This document shows, piece by piece, positions 48,790 through 52,319 of a stretch of 52,319 bases of DNA. The stretch is from a virus. Taxonomy: Duplodnaviria; Caudoviricetes. The position numbers and the translations under genes were made by a program. The stretch's first letter is position 1; every line of letters starts with the position of its first letter. The stretch is taken from positions 1 through 52,319 of IMG/VR virus record IMGVR_UViG_3300007539_000027. One strand, given 5' to 3'. Under the pieces are notes generated by a model, which made no database searches, was not told where the DNA came from, and saw only the letters and a list, made by a program, of their open reading frames with translations.

Positions 48790-49435
48790 TTTCTTTCTCC
48801 TTTGGTGTTTCCCAGAAATAATCGTCTGTGTCTCCTAAACGCCCCCAGTCTGTCCCTGCTTCGACTTGGTATTCTATGGTGGATACCTTGAAGTCTGGCA
48901 TTAAAGGGTCTTGTGGGGTGATAGAGAGGTCATAGAAACGCATCCTGTTATTGGGATACAATCCAAACTGACCATTCTCTAATGCAACACAATTATGTGA
49001 CTTGTGCTCTTGTGGCACCTCACTCACATTATTATCTATCACGTCAATATTAGCATGATAGTTATCTAACGTAAACAAGTAAGTTCCCTTAACAAAACCA
49101 TGGTTTCTTGTATACACTTCACAATCCATAGAGGATACAAATCCCTTATTGATTGCAACTACTCCATAGTCCATACAATTCCAAAATTGTAGGTTCTCTA
49201 GAGACATATCTGGCGTCGGTGTTTTCGGCGCTCTCGTGAATGCAGATATCGGAAGTTTATCATACATCGCACCATACTCAGGTAAATACGTCTCAAAATA
49301 AAAAGCACGCCCAGGTATCGACTTTGCCGATACCCAGACGCCCTCTACAAACTCCCCATGACCATCTACATGATCTCGGAGATATTCGCGCCTTACCCAT
49401 ACTTTCTCAGCAGGAAGATTGCAAATTAAATTCAT
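48770..49435 (-). CDS. Conserved phage hypothetical protein; probable start ATG 49435
   Basis: ATGA overlap with upstream stop; WVRREYL, KSIPGRAFYFE, YDKLPISAF, LQFWNC, EHKSHN..L.NGQFGLYPNNR. Confidence 0.75.
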   Translation of the reverse strand: MNLICNLPAEKVWVRREYLRDHVDGHGEFVEGVWVSAKSIPGRAFYFETYLPEYGAMYDKLPISAFTRAPKTPTPDMSLENLQFWNCMDYGVVAINKGFVSSMDCEVYTRNHGFVKGTYLFTLDNYHANIDVIDNNVSEVPQEHKSHNCVALENGQFGLYPNNRMRFYDLSITPQDPLMPDFKVSTIEYQVEAGTDWGRLGDTDDYFWETPKEKENGQQQS

Positions 49436-49986
49436 AACAACTCTGTCCAACCTGTAATAATCATTTTCTCATTCTCTGGATCTACTCTAGATTTATGAGT
49501 AAACATCCACTCTGCTGGCCAGATTAACGTTTTGCCTCTCTCCGCAGGAATATTCAAATCCTGATAAAGAAACTGGGTTCCCCCATCTGGATTATCAGTG
49601 AGATATGTCATCCATACAAGATGGCGATATACTGCACCCTTCCTACCAGTGCGTTCAAAGTGCCACGTCTTATATCCTCCCCCTGGTTCATAATGTTGAA
49701 TATTAAACTTGGGTGATATACGACTAGGCATTGATGACTTACGGTACGTCTTGTGATACTTCTCAATAAGACTATCTAAACAATTCAGATAATCTTTGAT
49801 ACGATTATCAAAGTCAGCATAAGAGGTATGCACAGTCATATCCATTGACTGCTTCACTGCATCGTTAGTTCTTGGAGCATCTCTGTCGCCCCCTATAACG
49901 CCTGGTTTTGCACTATAGTTATCGTTGTGGTAGAAGAAGTCCACAACGCCGTCACAGACGCTTAGAGGGACCTCTCCTGCCATCAT
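49432..49986 (-). CDS. 2OG-Fe(II) oxygenase (prolyl-hydroxylase-like); probable start ATG 49986
   Basis: NIQHYEPGGGYKTWHFE (HxE), LVWMTYL, GGTQF, GKTLIWPAEWMFTH, KMIITGW. Confidence 0.85.
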   Translation of the reverse strand: MMAGEVPLSVCDGVVDFFYHNDNYSAKPGVIGGDRDAPRTNDAVKQSMDMTVHTSYADFDNRIKDYLNCLDSLIEKYHKTYRKSSMPSRISPKFNIQHYEPGGGYKTWHFERTGRKGAVYRHLVWMTYLTDNPDGGTQFLYQDLNIPAERGKTLIWPAEWMFTHKSRVDPENEKMIITGWTELL

Positions 49987-49990
49987 AAAC

Positions 49991-50137
49991 TCACTTACCT
50001 TGTCCACGATAACGCTTCTTTGCTTTGTTACGACTGGTTGCCGAATACAACGTGTTCTTTGAACTCCCTTGACGGGTCTTCTTGGGCTTGCTCTCAATAA
50101 TCTTCTTACCGCTTAGTCCAACTTTTGCTCTTGCCAT
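49991..50137 (-). CDS. Small very basic protein (48 aa), not in ORF track
   Basis: Hand translation MARAKVGLSGKKIIESKPKKTRQGSSKNTLYSATSRNKAKKRYRGQGK; fits between neighbours with 4-5 nt gaps. Confidence 0.8.
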   Translation of the reverse strand: MARAKVGLSGKKIIESKPKKTRQGSSKNTLYSATSRNKAKKRYRGQGK

Positions 50138-50142
50138 ATTTT

Positions 50143-50547
50143 TTATGTAAGTGTTCCAATAATTATTGTAGGATATTCTGACCCACCTGTCAAGGGTCTC
50201 GGATTAGGTGCCGCACCAGGCGCTTGTATGCCGTCTCCAATGACAGTGACTAACATACCCTCAAAGAATACGCCACGCTCCTCTGCGTTGATTATACCGT
50301 CCACTGAGACCCTAGGAAGAACTGGGGGTACGGGAGGAACTATTGGGTTTGTAGGAGATCCTGGGACGTTGCTATAAGGTATCACAGTCCTATCAATGAT
50401 ATTTACTGTGCTATTGTTTGACTTGATTGTGGTACACACCTTCATCGTAGGTCCTACAGCTGTCGCAGGATACGTTGCAGTAGGGTTAATTGAAGTTGTG
50501 TCAACAACACTCGCAGGCGCTATTTGTCCAATTCCAGGTACAGTCAT
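50143..50547 (-). CDS. PAAR-like spike-tip protein (divergent)
   Basis: Pro/Val/Thr-rich; GVFFEGMLVTVIGDGI and terminal TIIIG resemble PAAR repeats; located before baseplate genes. Confidence 0.5.
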   Translation of the reverse strand: MTVPGIGQIAPASVVDTTSINPTATYPATAVGPTMKVCTTIKSNNSTVNIIDRTVIPYSNVPGSPTNPIVPPVPPVLPRVSVDGIINAEERGVFFEGMLVTVIGDGIQAPGAAPNPRPLTGGSEYPTIIIGTLT

Positions 50548-50556
50548 TGTTAGTTA

Positions 50557-50784
50557 TTACCCAAACCTTGCAATGTTTGCTACATCTCTCTTTAACCCTT
50601 CTACATTGTTGTGTAGATAGTCTAAAGTATTACTTAGTGGTTCGTGCTGATCAAGGGTCGGTCTCTTGTACAGCAGCGAAGGGTGCTCCACTTGGGACAT
50701 CCGCTCCTCCAGGTGCTTCAATCTCTCCTGCAGCTCCAAGATCTTGTTCTCCAACTCTAGATTGCGCTTCAGTAACTCTTCCAT
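50557..50784 (-). CDS. Small coiled-coil hypothetical protein (75 aa)
   Basis: Heptad pattern; GAGGAG Shine-Dalgarno shortly upstream. Confidence 0.7.
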   Translation of the reverse strand: MEELLKRNLELENKILELQERLKHLEERMSQVEHPSLLYKRPTLDQHEPLSNTLDYLHNNVEGLKRDVANIARFG

Positions 50785-50899
50785 CGTTTTGATCTCCTCT
50801 CATGAATGCATTGGATGCTCTACTCTCAAACTCATCGCAAAATGCATCAAAGTTATTCAAAATAGCATCGTAGTTTTCAAAGTCAACTTTTTGGGGCAT
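50651..50899 (-). CDS. Acidic hypothetical protein (82 aa), overlapping next gene by 134 nt
   Basis: First ORF after the late promoter motif at 50942-50948; YDAILNNFDAFCDEFE. Confidence 0.55.
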   Translation of the reverse strand: MPQKVDFENYDAILNNFDAFCDEFESRASNAFMRGDQNDGRVTEAQSRVGEQDLGAAGEIEAPGGADVPSGAPFAAVQETDP

Positions 50900-50941
50900 T
50901 TTTTTCTGGGCAAATTTTTTTATATACGACCTTTCGAAGAA

Positions 50942-50948
50942 TATTTAT
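50942..50948 (-). promoter_or_regulatory. Late promoter motif at start of structural region
   Basis: Minus-strand ATAAATA downstream of the early-region terminator. Confidence 0.55.
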
Positions 50949-51021
50949 CGGTCGTCTGGATACTTTTGTAGGTTAGGAAGGACCCGCACTTTTGGAAACC
51001 GCTTGGCGCTTGGGGGTCACA

Positions 51022-51046
51022 TAAAAAAGGGGCACAATACTGCCCC
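51022..51046 (-). terminator. Rho-independent terminator ending the early-type gene block
   Basis: Minus strand GGGGCA-GTATTG-TGCCCC followed by T6. Confidence 0.8.
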
Positions 51047-51069
51047 CCTGTCCCCAGACTGTGATATGC

Positions 51070-51333
51070 TCAGAGGTCTGCCATCATGTCGTTCATCTCG
51101 TCTGCATCAATGGCAGGATCTGCCCATGCCACACCGTCGCCAGTCTTGACGAGGTGGCGACCGATCTGCCCGTCAGTCATGCAGCGCACGAACTTCTCCC
51201 AGGGGGTCTCCCAGTCTGCACAATACTCGACACACGCCTTAGCGGTGTTGTACAGAAACTCATCGTTCCCCATCCACAGGGCAGCGTTCCAGGTCTCGTA
51301 GTTTGCCCAACCGTTGAATGTGGTGCTGGTCAT
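51070..51333 (-). CDS. Small early-type hypothetical protein (87 aa); probable start ATG 51333
   Basis: NGWANYETWNAALWMGNDE motif common in small phage proteins; AC-rich leader. Confidence 0.75.
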   Translation of the reverse strand: MTSTTFNGWANYETWNAALWMGNDEFLYNTAKACVEYCADWETPWEKFVRCMTDGQIGRHLVKTGDGVAWADPAIDADEMNDMMADL

Positions 51334-51377
51334 GTCGTTGTGTTTGTGTGTTGTGTGTATCCTAGTCGGTCTGTGCC

Positions 51378-51551
51378 TCAGTGGCGGTCGCTGATGTTCC
51401 AGATCCCCCACTGTCCACTCTCAGGGGCAGGGGTCAGGATCTCAGTGCCTGCTGCCACGTCTGCCTTAGCGGCGGCGGATCGTGCCATCATGGCGTTATG
51501 CTGGCGGGTGTAGTCTGCCATGATGGCGGCGAGGTCAGGTGTTTTGTTCAT
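51378..51551 (-). CDS. Small early-type hypothetical protein (57 aa), not in ORF track
   Basis: Hand translation MNKTPDLAAIMADYTRQHNAMMARSAAAKADVAAGTEILTPAPESGQWGIWNISDRH; TAGAAT 6 nt upstream of ATG. Confidence 0.6.
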   Translation of the reverse strand: MNKTPDLAAIMADYTRQHNAMMARSAAAKADVAAGTEILTPAPESGQWGIWNISDRH

Positions 51552-51555
51552 GCTG

Positions 51556-51618
51556 TTATTCTACAGGGTCAGGGGCGGACAATCTGGGCAACAGTGGACA
51601 GTGCGTCTGCTGTCACAT
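51556..51618 (-). promoter_or_regulatory. Sigma70-like early promoter with upstream dyad
   Basis: Minus strand GTGACAG-N8-CTGTCCAC then TAGAAT -10 box; no canonically spaced -35. Confidence 0.5.
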
Positions 51619-51681
51619 TCCTAGCGGGTTCGCTTGTGTAGAAGAGGACAGACAGCACCACGAGGCAGGTTGCTTTAAAGA

Positions 51682-51903
51682 TCACTTGCAAACTCCAAAG
51701 ACGAGATCAGCGATGGCGTTGGTGTTGGTATCGGTGCGACACCAGCGGATGGGTTCACCAGAGGGAGGGCACATCCATATCATGCACTCCTCTCCCCACA
51801 GTTGACCGATCCTGAAAGCGTGGTTCATGTCGGTCGCCCAGTCGCACCCGTTAGGATCGAACTTGCCCCATGCTGTGGGTTGAACTGCGATGGCGTTGGT
51901 CAT
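51682..51903 (-). CDS. Small early-type hypothetical protein (73 aa, Trp/Cys-rich)
   Basis: ORF preceded by TATAAT promoter and AC-rich leader. Confidence 0.65.
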   Translation of the reverse strand: MTNAIAVQPTAWGKFDPNGCDWATDMNHAFRIGQLWGEECMIWMCPPSGEPIRWCRTDTNTNAIADLVFGVCK

Positions 51904-51925
51904 TTGCTCTTGGTGGTTGTTCTCT

Positions 51926-51987
51926 TAATTATACAGGCAAGGCGGGTCACCGCAACGACCGATGTTCGGATTGTTGACTGTCCACTG
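51926..51987 (-). promoter_or_regulatory. Sigma70-like early promoter
   Basis: Minus strand TTGCGG-N16-TATAAT preceded by GTGGACAG...GAACATC motif. Confidence 0.65.
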
Positions 51988-52065
51988 TGAGGCAGATACG
52001 GCAAGGAATAGTGAGACAATGGAAACGATCCCAGACACTAGTACAATTGAACGCTTTGACATGTA

Positions 52066-52254
52066 TCAATCCTCCAGCAATTCTGGATAGTATTCTTTCA
52101 CCTCTTCAATCAACTCATCTACAGTGTACTTGTCCAAATTCTCATCGAATTGATCATACAAAATACGCATCATGTCTTTGATGTCCATACCATCCAAGAT
52201 GGTGTTGATATAGTTCGCTTGCAGTTCATCGCGGTCAATGATGTTGTCAGTCAT
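52066..52254 (-). CDS. Small acidic early-type hypothetical protein (62 aa)
   Basis: ILDGMDIKDM...ELIEEVKEYYPELL; AC-rich leader like neighbours. Confidence 0.7.
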   Translation of the reverse strand: MTDNIIDRDELQANYINTILDGMDIKDMMRILYDQFDENLDKYTVDELIEEVKEYYPELLED

Positions 52255-52319
52255 GATGATTGTGTGATGATGGTGTTACGAAAGACCCGCTCAAGAGAGC
52301 AGCAGTTGATGAGACAGAG

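Noticed and set aside
49987-50097. N-terminal extension of the 221-aa oxygenase ORF
   Set aside because: Overlaps the 48-aa basic gene in another frame; ATG at 49986 fits better
51334-51411. N-terminal extension of the 113-aa ORF
   Set aside because: Overlaps the 57-aa gene and promoter/leader; ATG at 51333 is the plausible start
1-52319. CRISPR arrays, tRNAs, rRNAs
   Set aside because: No regularly spaced repeats or cloverleaf motifs seen in the few short intergenic gaps

Overview
This window is the late (virion morphogenesis) region of a T4-like marine cyanomyophage, most likely a Synechococcus phage; essentially all real genes are on the minus strand. In transcription order (right to left): small higher-GC early-type ORFs with sigma70-like promoters, a terminator, short conserved genes (incl. 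a PAAR-like protein and a 2OG-Fe(II) oxygenase), baseplate gp25, gp6, a 3459-aa gp7 and gp8, a VrlC-like protein, two giant fibre proteins (1712 and 3106 aa), an accessory cassette (two fibre-tip-like proteins with probable chaperones, a coiled-coil protein, a U32 Fe-S/SAM-methyltransferase fusion, two 2OG-Fe(II) oxygenases), then neck gp13/gp14, gp15 and the 5' part of gp16. Top leads: (1) four phycobiliprotein-like helical domains in the 3106-aa fibre and gp7, three retaining the bilin-attachment K-C-x-R-D motif; (2) the fibre-linked U32-methyltransferase/oxygenase cassette; (3) an intact type-1 copper-like motif in the 1712-aa fibre. All family calls are by eye from remembered motifs and synteny; no searches were run and novelty could not be verified.
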